A stretch of DNA of 64,000 nucleotides, from contig MQRK01243661.1 in the NCBI GenBank assembly GCA_001938485.1, forward strand, positions 1 through 64,000, given 5' to 3'. Numbering within the stretch: the stretch's first letter is position 1; every line of letters begins with the position of its first letter. Shown one piece after another: positions 9,461 through 21,400 of this stretch. The position numbers and the translations under genes were made by a program. Source of the DNA: Girardia tigrina. Its lineage: Eukaryota. The notes beneath the pieces are model-generated. The model was not told the origin of the DNA and did no database searches. It saw only the letters and a list, made by a program, of their open reading frames with translations.

Positions 9461-9493
9461 AGAATTTATAAATTCTATTATATTTTAAAGAAA

Positions 9494-9789
9494 ATGAATA
9501 AAAATAATTTAAAATATGAAAATCAATACGATATTAATAAAATAGGTATACGAATAACAAAAGAAAAGATTATAAAAGATAATGAAATAAAGATTGGAGT
9601 ATATAAAAATGCTATAATAAATTTTAATTATTTTATTAACAAGAATGAAAAAAATACCCTAACTGGAAATTAATTAAAGATAAAAAGAAAGATAGAGAAA
9701 TGTTAAAAAATAAGATTATTGATCTTGAAAATGAAACCAATGAAATAAGAGAAAAATGTAATGATAATAATATTGATGATTTTATTTAA
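9494..9789 (+). pseudogene. Small Polinton accessory protein, frameshifted in A7 run
   Basis: AAAGAAAATG at 9494; adding one A at 9648-9654 gives continuation YPNWKLIKDKKKDREMLKNKIIDLENETNEIREKCNDNNIDDFI*. Confidence 0.5.
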
Positions 9790-9952
9790 AAAATAATTTT
9801 AATTTCTTATACAAATTGATTTTTTTTATTGAAAAATAAAAAATTATCCATTTGAATATTGAAATTAGTATGTCACTATCGTATAGATAGGGATTTATTA
9901 CAAATGGATAGAGTAAAACTACCGCGTTTTTTCTGGTTCATTTTGAATTGGA

Positions 9953-10438
9953 TTAAACTGGTTTGGATTGAATTTTATCACTGATGGCAATTTCACTACA
10001 AATCTCGTTATCAATTATTAAAGAATGGTAACATTCTCTTAATAATGAGGCATAACGCATATTTTTATTGGTGGAGATTTTTTTATGACTATTTTCCTTT
10101 ATTGATTTTAATTCATCATAAAATTCTCCAGCTTTATTTTCATCATATTTCCCGATTTCGGAAATAGTTTTATCTAACATTACTGCTAAGTCTTCATTTT
10201 CTTGTTTTAATCCTTCGATTTCATCTAAATCATTACATCGTTTCAATAATTGATCCTCAAGCATTAAATTTATTCCGTTTACCATATAATTCAGTTTAAC
10301 ATTATCAACAACGATTTTTTCTCCTTCAACAGCTTTTGTAGTTATATTCAATTGATTAAACTTCTTTAATGCTCTCGAAGAAGCATCTCTAAAATCCTTT
10401 TTCTTTTTCATCTCTTTTTTATAAATTTCAAGATCCAT
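9953..10438 (-). CDS. Polinton accessory helical protein (161 aa)
   Basis: ORF with AAAAATG start; no recognised motif. Confidence 0.6.
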   Translation of the reverse strand: MDLEIYKKEMKKKKDFRDASSRALKKFNQLNITTKAVEGEKIVVDNVKLNYMVNGINLMLEDQLLKRCNDLDEIEGLKQENEDLAVMLDKTISEIGKYDENKAGEFYDELKSIKENSHKKISTNKNMRYASLLRECYHSLIIDNEICSEIAISDKIQSKPV

Positions 10439-10470
10439 TTTTTATTTAATTAAAATAAGATTTAATCTTT

Positions 10471-10965
10471 TCAACTTAAACCAATAGCGAGAAGTTCTTC
10501 TTTAAACTTTTCTACTCTCGATGATTTATTCTGTTTTAAAGTTCTTAAGGATTCGGATTCATATTCGGATTCAACAACATCGAGTTTTCCTTTTCCAATT
10601 TCAACTTCTTTTTTCGATTTCGGTTTTGATTTTGATTTCGGTTTCGATTTCGATTCCGATTCCACTATCTCTTGAATTTTCTTTTTATTTTTCGTTTTAA
10701 GACGATTATCATATCTATTCAAAGATGGAATATTCAATTCTTGTAAAGCTCTTGAAAATTTGTATGGTGTAGAACCAATTTTTTTACAGATATCTTTATG
10801 TTTAAGACCAGTATTCATATTTTTCTCATAATCCTCCATCCATTTATAATATCTTTGATATCTCAGAAAAAATGCATTAGCTCGTACATCTTCTTTAATG
10901 AGATTTAAATCCAAATCCTCAAGTTTTTTTATATTATCATAATCAAGCGAATTTTTTTTACTCAT
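10471..10965 (-). CDS. Putative helix-turn-helix DNA-binding protein with SK/PK-rich basic tail
   Basis: LKHKDICKKIGSTPYKFSRALQELNI has HTH-like spacing; ESESKSKPKSKSKPKSKK encoded by hexamer repeats. Confidence 0.55.
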   Translation of the reverse strand: MSKKNSLDYDNIKKLEDLDLNLIKEDVRANAFFLRYQRYYKWMEDYEKNMNTGLKHKDICKKIGSTPYKFSRALQELNIPSLNRYDNRLKTKNKKKIQEIVESESKSKPKSKSKPKSKKEVEIGKGKLDVVESEYESESLRTLKQNKSSRVEKFKEELLAIGLS

Positions 10966-11687
10966 TTTTTCTTTAAAATAAAATGGTTTGTAAAATTTTT
11001 TATGAAAGTGGGGGAGATTTGTTAGAAATATACATAGATTCTTTTTTTCCTCATAAAAATCATATAAAATATTCTAAATTTTGAAATAAACTAGTGCAAA
11101 ATAGGGTAAAATCGATGAATTTTTCGATTTTAAGAATATTGTATGTAGTATTTTTTTATGCAAAATGTTCATTAACATTTTTTAATTAAAATCCCAAACA
11201 AAAAGTTAGCAAAAATATTCATATTAACCATTAAAAATTAAAATATATACATTTTTTAAAATATATTACTTATTAATTTATCAGTAATTAATGTTGATTT
11301 TTTTAGATATTTCATTTTTATGTGATTATATTTCANNNNNNNNNNNNNNNNNNNNNNNNNNNNNNNNNNNNNNNNNNNNNNNNNNNNNNNNNNNNNNNAT
11401 CAATTTTATTTTTAATAATTAATAAAAAACGGTATGTAAATAGATACATTAAAACTTATAACATAATATCATGCACCTAAGGTATTAGGCGCTATTTATA
11501 ATGAGAGCAACTCTCCAGTAGTTCAATACATTATTTAATGGGCTGCAGACCTGTTATCTTAATGCTATTGCTGCGCGTTGATAATATAATATTCTGGGAG
11601 ATTCTAGATAATCTCAGAATATTAGAAAAATCGACAGTCAGTTGCTCTTGGAACCGGTTCCTAAAAACGGCCGAGATCTCAAAACAA

Positions 11688-12116
11688 CATCCAAATCAAA
11701 TCAAATCAAATCAGATGGAATCAAATCAAATTCAAATCAAATCCAAATCCAAAATCCAAATCCAAAAAGAAAAAAAACAAAAAAAACAAAAAAAAGAAAA
11801 AAACAAAAAAAATCGATTTTTCTGAATTTTTATAGTGTTTTATCGATAAAATATTCGATTACTCATTTTTGTTATAAATAATATAACATTTTTTATATCA
11901 ATCAGCCATACTACGGTATGGCTTTTTGGTATCCATTTTTTTTCTTCGAGTTCTCATTTTTGATATAAATAATATAACATTTTGAATTTTATTAGTGTTT
12001 TATCGATAAAATAGCTATTTTATCGATAAAATATTTGATTTTTATATAACTTCGAAAAAGGTGCGAAAAACGTTATTTTTGAAGGGTTTAGGGTATACCC
12101 ACGAAACTATATTACT
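11688..12116. repeat. Candidate Polinton terminal (TIR) region: CAAAT/CCAAAT arrays, A-rich tract, direct repeats and palindromes
   Basis: (CAAAT)n ~11692-11765; TATCGATA at 11841, 12001, 12021; perfect 34-bp palindrome 11998-12031; hairpin AGCCATAC-TACG-GTATGGCT at ~11904-11923. Confidence 0.6.
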
Positions 12117-13155
12117 GGTGGGTCCAGCGATTTGTGAAAATTTGTTACACGTGGGATGAACCGGTCGAAAATTCCGATTTTTTGCTTTAAGTATTAAATG
12201 AATACTCCCTTATTTCTTAATATTTTGTTTAAACGATTTTATTTTTGTATTGTTAATAACGTTTTGAATAACTTTTTTTTACTTTTTATTTGAAATGGAA
12301 AATAATAATTATATGAAAATCTACCCAGTTAGCAAAGTAAAAGAAACATAATTTGAAATGCATAAACATATAACCATTGTAGGCATCTTATTAACTATTA
12401 TTAATCTAATGAAAAAATAATTAGGATTGAAATTAAATAAATTTAGTTCAATAATTTATACAATACTTTAATCAAAGTTTTTTCATAAGAAAAGTTTAGA
12501 TTATTGGGCTTAAAATGCTGTTTTCTTTTAATTTATTTTCATCATTGTTGATAAAGATAATGTACTGATGAATATTTCTAACCAACGCTTAATATTCACA
12601 TGCAATTAATTTTATAATAATTTTAATAATTGAACAAATAAAAAAATAGTCTTTAGGGTTTATTTTTATTTGACTTTTTAAATGAAATAATATATTAATA
12701 TTTGCTCATAAATGCTAAAAATTCGATTACATTAAATAAATTTAATAGTGAATCTTTAATTCAACTTAAAAGTTTTCATTTGATATTATGCTTGACTAAA
12801 TCGATCGGGAGTAGAAAGACACAAAAGGTTAAGTACATTTTTTAAACAAAAAACTTTTGTAGTAAATTTTTCTTCACTTTGTTACGGAGATGGGGCTAAA
12901 ACTGTAGGAAATATGTGAAGCAATACATAATTTTTCAACTGCTTCTTACAAATGAAATAATTTTATAAAATTTTACACTATTATAAAAAAAATCCGTTTA
13001 TTTAACAAAATTTAGATCATTATTTAAATACAAATCAAATCAAAATTAACATAAAAAATTAAATAATGATCCAAATCTTTTAATGCACCAAATAATAATA
13101 ATATCGAGAAAACAATTTAAAAACATGTTTTTTGAATTATGTTTTTATTTTTTTA

Positions 13156-13221
13156 ATGGAAAATTGTAATTTTGAAGAGGAAATAAAATTAAAGTTTGAT
13201 TTATCTGATAAAGAATTAGAA
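13156..13221 (+). CDS. PTPN9: PTPN9-like coding exon 1
   Basis: MENCNFEEEIKLKFDLSDKELE then GT; 49-nt intron to TTTTCAG; phase 0. Confidence 0.65.
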
Positions 13222-16200
13222 GTGGAATTCTATCTTTATCGTTAATTTAATTGTCATGGGATTTTTTCAGGATATCAAATCATTTTTAAAAGCGGTCCAA
13301 AGTGAATCTTTTGATAAGAAAAATGGAGAAATGGCAGTCAAATTTTTACGTGCCAAAAAATTTAATATTGATGCAGCTTTAGATTTGTATCAAAGACATG
13401 AAGTAGTTTCGATTAGTTTTTTTTAATAATTATTTTCAATCATGTCTCTTTATTTATCTATTAAGACAATTCGAACAAAAGAAAATCTTTTCGAAATCAA
13501 TCCATTTGATAAAGATATTCTTAATGAGTTAATGTCCCAAAAGTTTACATTTTTAGTACGATTATTATTGAAATATTTGGTGCAAATTTAGCGTGACGTA
13601 TGCTAACATGATATTAGTTAAAATTAATTAATTATCAAACTGTAATCTGTGAAAGAAACTACCTTAAAGGGTTTCCACTTTTAAATGTGATTTTTTTTCA
13701 TTTTGAAGTGTGAATATTTCCACTTTGAAGTGTGAAAACTTTATAAATAAATTTACTACTGATATATTGAAAATAATTTAATAAATATAGGCTTGTTTCA
13801 CGGGCTGACTGAAACAATTTCATCTTTGTTGATGAAGTTGGCTTCAATATAAGCATGCGCTGCCGATATGGAAGAAGTGAGCGTGGTCATGCAGCAATTC
13901 AGCGCCTTCAAAATATCAGAAGTAGAAATATTTCCGTTTGTTGTGGACTGCTTAAGACCAGTGTGCTGTACTATAAAAGGCAAAATCGTGCTTTCAATAC
14001 TGAAACCTTTCTAGAATTTATTGATGATACCGTAGCTAAACTGGCCGAAATGAATATGAGTAATGTGATGTTTATTATAGACAATGTCGCATTCCATAAG
14101 TTCCACCTTGTTGCAGAAAAAGTAACAGCTTCCGGGCATACCATTCATTTTTTGCCACCCTACTCCCCATTTTTGAATCCTATCGAGAACATGTTTTCTG
14201 AGGTAAACCAGTGTATTAGAGTTGCCCGCCCTCATAATGAAGAGCAGTTATTCACCAGTATCGACTCCTCTTTTAATGCAGTTGTATCAAATAGCTGTGA
14301 AAATTACTATCGGCACATGCTATCTTTTATTCCGAAATGTTTGAACAGAGAAATAATTGATGATGAAAATTATAATTAAATCATTACATGAAAGTGTTTT
14401 TTATTTAACAATTTTTTTACATGTTTTCATATAACTTTTTCATCTTTTTAATTTTCACACTTCAAAATGAAAAAAATCACATTTAAAAGTTGAAACCCTG
14501 TATATTGTATGTTCCAGATTTCTACAACCTTTACTAACTAGTCAGATAATAATAATTTCTAAATTTTATTCATGTTATTTTTCCACTAAGAAAATATATT
14601 TTCAGTATGATTAAACTGGTGAATTTAGTATAAAAATTGACAAATAAATGGCGTTTCCTGAAAAATTTATTATTCAAAAGCATATGCTTATTATTCACTT
14701 TGCCAAACAACTGCAACACTTATTGTTGAAATAATAGTAAGACATTTGTTCTTACAATGGTGACAACAAATCTTAAAATGTAAATATAAATAAGATTTAA
14801 TTGTTCTATAATCGATGATTCATTATAAAATTACTGTAATTCACGAAATCTAGATTTATATATATTGATCATTTGTTATAATGATTCCCGATTTAAAAAT
14901 GGAGATTTACTTCTGTTTTTATGTGACAAAAATATCGAATGTATGAGTCTTCAGATTAAAAAATAAAAAAACATTAAACTTTCTGATAGACGATGCACTA
15001 ATTTTGTACCAAATAAATTATATGTTTACTTATTTAACATTTTAGACCGATATCGATAGTAAATCAGGTGCATCTATTTGTATTTTTACTGCCAGACTTC
15101 ATCATCCTTCGAAAGCTTCACACCAACACGTTCTGAAAGCTCTCATATTTCAATTAGATGCAATCATTTTATTGTATGATTCGTTATTTTTGTAAAATTT
15201 AAATAAATTTCATTGAAGGCCGTCTACTCAAAAAAATGGATTGATATTTATCTATAATATGACCGGCTCACTGTATTCCAATTTTGACATGACTCTTAGT
15301 GTTAAAATTCTCAATTTATTAAAAGTAAGATTAAAGATTAATTAATTGTCAAAATAAAATTATATAACATATCAGTAAAGGTTTTAATAGAAGTTTTCTT
15401 TAATAAATAAATGAACGAAGAAAAGACATAAATGTTACTCATCATATTTTTAAACCTTTAAGTTAATTTAAGGCCTGATTACAGAAATTAAAAACACTAC
15501 CAATGATTATCTTGTTTTAAAATGATAAATTGTCTTTAAATGAACATGGAAAACAGCAAATTTGATGTTTTTAATATTTCCATTGGGGATTATGTACTAT
15601 CACTAAAGATTCTAGTTTCGATCTTTTTGTTAATTTTTTTCTAATGCTAGTTCAAAAATTTATTTCACCTTCATCATATGCAAATACACATAAAAACGAA
15701 GTTTGGAATTATTATTAATTTTATTATTCTACATATTTAACCCTTCGTAATTTGGTGTGACACTTCTGTAACAAACCGTTGTAACTCTTACAGGATCTAT
15801 AACTATTAACATATCACATTTTAAATCACTTTTGCATGTCTGTTACACACCGATCAATACAACATCGGTGATTTATTAGTACCTAAAGGTGGCGTTGGTG
15901 GTAGGATGATGAATTTGACAGTTCTCTCTATTGAGTTGCGAAGTTCTATTGAGTTACGAAGGATTAATAAAAAATTGATATTGATATCATTGAAAATAAA
16001 TACCGTATTTTTTTCTGAAAATTCCTTTATCCGGAAAAGCTAGGTGACAAAGAACTAAGTTTTCTTGTAAATAAACGTCCAGAGCTTATAAACGTAAAAT
16101 GTTACTGAAAGTAATTGTGCAAATATATTCGCGGTATTACATCATTGTACTCTAATCGGACATGAAACTTAGTAAAAAAATTACATTTTCCTAACGTGAA

Positions 16201-18278
16201 TTTATACTAAAACAGATAAAAAGGTCAATATCCAAAGCAGCACACGTGTAAGACACGAGGAATACATAGTTTTCGGATTTGCGAAATTTAATAATTAATT
16301 AATTACACTATTTAGTAAAGAATTCATAATAAAAAATGGATATACGGTAATTTAATATTTTTGTATTTAAAACAATTACAGTAATTTTAATCCTAATTAA
16401 CAATATAAATTATACATATTCTATAATATTAATTATACAAAAAACACAATAATGTATTATAAAACAATCACCACACAGTAAAGTTAAATATTGCATGTTA
16501 AAATCTAGAGTTATTTTACATCTTCAATGTCAGTACTGTCTGAGTCGGTGTCCAATAAGTCAGTGAATTATAAAAACAGTCCACAGCCTTCTTAAAGTTC
16601 TTATTTTCAATTTTGGTAACGTTGATTGGAAACCAAAACATAAAGACAATATATAAAGCCCATGGACGTAAAATCGGGTGGGTGTATTCTCAGAAAAATA
16701 CGGTAATTAGTTTTAAAGCATTGCTATTAAAATCTATTAATCATTGATTACAAAAATATTTTCCCGATAAAATTTCAAATTTTTTAATACATTTAAAATT
16801 TTATCAATATTAGTTTTAAATTAATTTAAAAAAAAATAATTCAATAAAAACAATCTATTTAATTTTTGTCGATTTTCAAAAAGTAAATAATATATTGTTT
16901 AATTTTATTTTATTTGTTTATTAATTTCTCTTTACTTTTTTGTGTTTCCCTTAAGCAAATTTTCATTGCGCAATTATTCTATGTTATTCACACATAAAAA
17001 TTAGTAATGAACTTTTTTAATCGTCAGTTTATGTAACAAAGTTTTTGTGTTTGATTATTTTTTTATTTTGAATATTTAAATTTACTTAATATTATAACAA
17101 CCTATTTCTGAGACATTTGTAATGTGACTTAAAATTCGTCAGTTGATTTAGATTTGTTTGTTTGTCTGAGATGTCGTTCGACATATACTTTCATACTTAT
17201 AAAAATTGTGAGAATATTTTCATATGTTTTATAAATAGTGACGTGCTATAGAGAAATAATCCGAACACCAAGAAACGATTGCTCTATAAAGTAGCTGGAG
17301 TTAGATAGTTGGATAATAGAGATTGTCATGCTGATTAATATAATAATAAATTATTCTATTTTTTATATTCTATAACATCCAAATACTTTCGTGTTTCTCA
17401 AAGTGTGGTTTGTGTATCAATATGTGTACACAAAAGGATACGCGAAGAATTCTGGAACATTTATATTTTTTCATATACTCACTCTCATTTGACTTATTCG
17501 TCAAGTACAAATTCTTTTCTAGTTCGTTTGACTTATATATATGTCGTGTAAATAAAGTACCTTTTGTTTTCAGTATATTTGCTATCTCTTTGGTATATTT
17601 ATATCTATTGACTACTCTACCTTGCGTTTGGCGTATAAATATGCGAACACTAATTTTAATTAAACGCCCGGAAATATTTTTTGAAAATAGATTATTCGTT
17701 TACCTCTTACTATGAAAATAATTTCAAATATTTAGTGACCTTTCAATAAGTTGCTTACGAGTAAAATAGGTGTTCAAATTAAAGTTGTAATAATAACAAA
17801 ATGAAATCGTTATTGGGTAAATGATTTCATGATTTCAATATACATTAGTATAAATATTTGTTTCGTTTCTTGTCAGTCATAATTAATATTTGTGTTGAGT
17901 TCCAAATGTCACTTATATTATTATTTTACGTCGTTTATCTTTATTAGCCCAAAAAGACTTTACACAACGTTCCCTAAACTAAATAATGCAAATGAACAAG
18001 CACTGTAGATTCGTTCTAACGTCGTGGGTCAAGATATAATGTCATCGAGTATCAAAATCTTTATGAATTATCCATAACCACATGAGCGATACGAATATGA
18101 TTTTGGATGTGACACCGCATCTTATGTTAAAATGGAAAACTAAGGACAAAATTATTTTAAAGTTCCGTTTTAACATAAGTCCTATTGACCTTCTCATAAC
18201 TTAAATTACTTTTATTTAATAATATTGTTACTAAATTTGTGTACATATTATTTATTTTTCCTCTTTATATTTTATATC

Positions 18279-18335
<57 letters not shown>

Positions 18336-18385
18336 NNNNNNNNNNNNNNNNNNNNNNNNNNNNNNNNNNNNNNNNNNNNNNNNNN

Positions 18386-18433
<48 letters not shown>

Positions 18434-21400
18434 TATATCACTCGGATTCCATGAATTAAAAAAGAATAAACCGAAAGTTTCGGTTTTTCATGTATGACGA
18501 CATTTGTAGTGAAAGGGTTCGTGTCAAATGACCGAAATTTATTATTTTAAAAATACAATAAATTTAAAATTAGTTGTTTTGAGGAAGATTTTAAATGTTA
18601 TGTACGCCGTTGTATGGTATATTGTATTATGTTATTTTTCATTTTAAATTGAGATTTTTTTATTTTAAAATAAAAGTGCAATAACACATTACTTGTCTCT
18701 TTAAATAAAAGTTTTTATCTTTGGATTTTTTTAGAAAATTTCTTTTATTATTTTAGATTATTAATCTTTTTAATTTATACTTAGATTTTTGATTTAAATT
18801 GAAGATATTCGATTTCGATTTGTATTTTTTATTTAGAATTGAAACATTTGATATAAATTCTGAAATTTTTATTCTGAAATTATTTTTATAATTTTAAAGC
18901 ATTTATATTTTATAATTATAATTTAATACTTGAGTAATTTCATATACAGGTAATAAAAATAATGTTTATATTTCCATTATTATTTAATTATTTATTTAAA
19001 AAAAATATAAAATTAAAAAATATCTTTCAAAATTAAAAAAAAATTGATAAAAAATAAATAAAAATCTATGTTATTAGAGTAATTAAAAATATTAAAATAA
19101 ATATTATATTTAGATATTTATAAATGACCAAGAAAAGGTATTGAAATAAAATATACATCATTTTAAAATAAAAAAAATCTCAATTTAAAATGAAGAAAAT
19201 ATCATTTTAACATGAAAAATAACATAATACCACACAAAGACATACATAGCATTTAAAATATTCCTCGTTATCCAATGATTATTAAAAAATCATCCTCTGT
19301 ATCCACGATATCACAGAATCGTTAATCATGATCTTTAACCATATTTAACAATAAGTTTTTCTTTAAATAATTAATTTTTTTTATTTTTCTGTTTTATATT
19401 CATCCACATTTACATTCCTCAAGTTGACTGAACTATTTTCTTTTCCATAGTCTCTGGTTAATTTTTTTCTAAATTTTCCTCAATTAAACTTATTTAAAAA
19501 TTTGTAACAATAAGTGTGCAAAAATTTATAAAATAAAAAAAACTTTTCCATTGAAAATTTCACATTCATTTTTTAAAATAATGTGAAATTAGTAATTATC
19601 TAATTTGTCAATCCAAAAAATTGCAGCGACCGAAAAAATATTTCTTTAATGTTAAACGACTTAATGTCTTCTTGTCAGTCGTGTTTTAAAGATATGGTAT
19701 CATCAGAATATATTTCTGGTTGTCTAAAGATCAATGTGAAATGAAAATTAAATACTATTTTTGTAAATATATTTGCATTTATTATTGTAAAAAAACAAAA
19801 ATGAATATTTCGGTTTATAAATAATTTAATCAACAGATTTGTTGAAAATAAATGAATAATAAAGTTTTACATAATAATAAATTCAAGAATTTCCATTTAC
19901 ACTGTGTAACAATTCTGATACAATCACAAAGTTGCGTGTTTTTTTTATAATTCGAGCTCCTGAATACGAACATCATATTAGTTTTGCTTCAGAGTCTGTT
20001 GTTTTATCAGCAAGGAAATATTAACGGAAAATGCAATGAACTGGAATTATTTTGCTGAATCGGGTTATAACAAATTCAATATGTTCATAAATCGTTGGGA
20101 CTCAGATTTGCATCTGTAAATAGCATCAGGAACATCTTGTAAATGCTTAACAATAATCAACCGACTTTGAGGCCTTCTTATTACCTTGTTTAATATTTCT
20201 CTAGAGCGTCAATATTCTTATGGAATCTTTCACCGTGTTCATCAGTTAAACTGCTTAGATTTTCGGAAGAGAAATTCAGGTGTAAATGACAATCAATCTT
20301 TAGGGACATATTGACTTTCTTCCAAGCTGTTTATGCATTCAGCACAGGTCAATCAAACAAGGTTATGAAGTTCAAGTCTTTCTCAAACTTCTTCATTTGT
20401 GGACTCACTAAAAAATTCTTTTAACTTCGTAATTTAAATTCATAGAAGAAAGAAACTAACATTTTTGAGATCAATGGAATGATGGTGAATTGGATTTTCT
20501 TTTCTTTTAGTTCCAAAGTCGTACTTCATGGACAGTCTTCAACAAAATAGCATTGAGTCCTGTATCGAATGTGTCATCAATGAAACTATAACACTTATGT
20601 GTATCCCAACTGCAACCTCAAAATAAAGGCTGGAAAATTTAAATAATAACATATCTAACAGTTATAATCATTGTGCTTAATTTTATCCTAAAGATTCGAG
20701 ATTTTTAAATGTATTTTTCATCTTAACTGCATCTTAATTTATACTAATTGAAATTTATTACCATATGTAAGAGTTACGTTTGGAAACATTAAATATCTTA
20801 GGATTCGATTCTGTCCAAAGTTAAAGAAACATTCACAGAGAAAAAATGTAGTATAAGTTTGTAGTAATCACACCAACAATAATTAATAAGATTAATCACA
20901 ATAATAAAATCTCTGTACTAAGTAAACCCAATTTGTGGTTTACAATAATTATAAAATTTTACATTCAATAGAGAAAGTCCACGCTTTCCACATCATTTTC
21001 TCCAACACAGCAGTTGTTGCTGCAACACTCCCTACCATTGCTGCCGATTTAATCATTTAAGCATCAGTTCAACAAATTCTCTAAATTAACTTTATTTGTA
21101 ATTATAAAATAACTTATCGAAAAAGTCTAAACAAATAAAGAATTTAACTGGTAAATATTTTCTAATTTCAGTTTCTAAGAATTTTATGAAATCTTATAAT
21201 TTTACTATTTATATTTACTTATTTATTCTTTAATAAAAATTATTTTTACATTAAATACCGAATTGGATTTATTAGGTTGATGCATAAGTTTTTAGCCTAT
21301 TTTTAATACTTTTATCAAAGAATTTCTAAAGGAACTACAAAATATTAATCAGTGAAGTATTCGCCGTTACAATCAATTACTTTCTGTCATCTTTCTGGTA

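Larger units (their letters stand above)
1..12116 (-). mobile_element. Polinton/Maverick (adintovirus-like endogenous dsDNA virus), right-hand part; left part incl. pPolB presumably outside window
   Basis: Compact intronless cluster of protease, penton, major capsid, rve integrase and A32/FtsK-type ATPase; AAAATG start contexts; candidate terminus ...ACTATATTACT at 12116 (5'-AGTAATATAGT on minus strand). The end coordinate is inferred because the partner TIR is not visible. Confidence 0.93.

Noticed and set aside
11538-11881. ORFs 11538-11825 and 11642-11881
   Set aside because: Translations of CAAAT and A-rich simple repeats in the terminal region
12084-12094. Telomeric repeat GGGTTTAGGG
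   Set aside because: Only about one unit; not significant
18239-18454. IYIY-rich ORFs here and at 38483 and 62629
   Set aside because: Translations of (TA)n microsatellites
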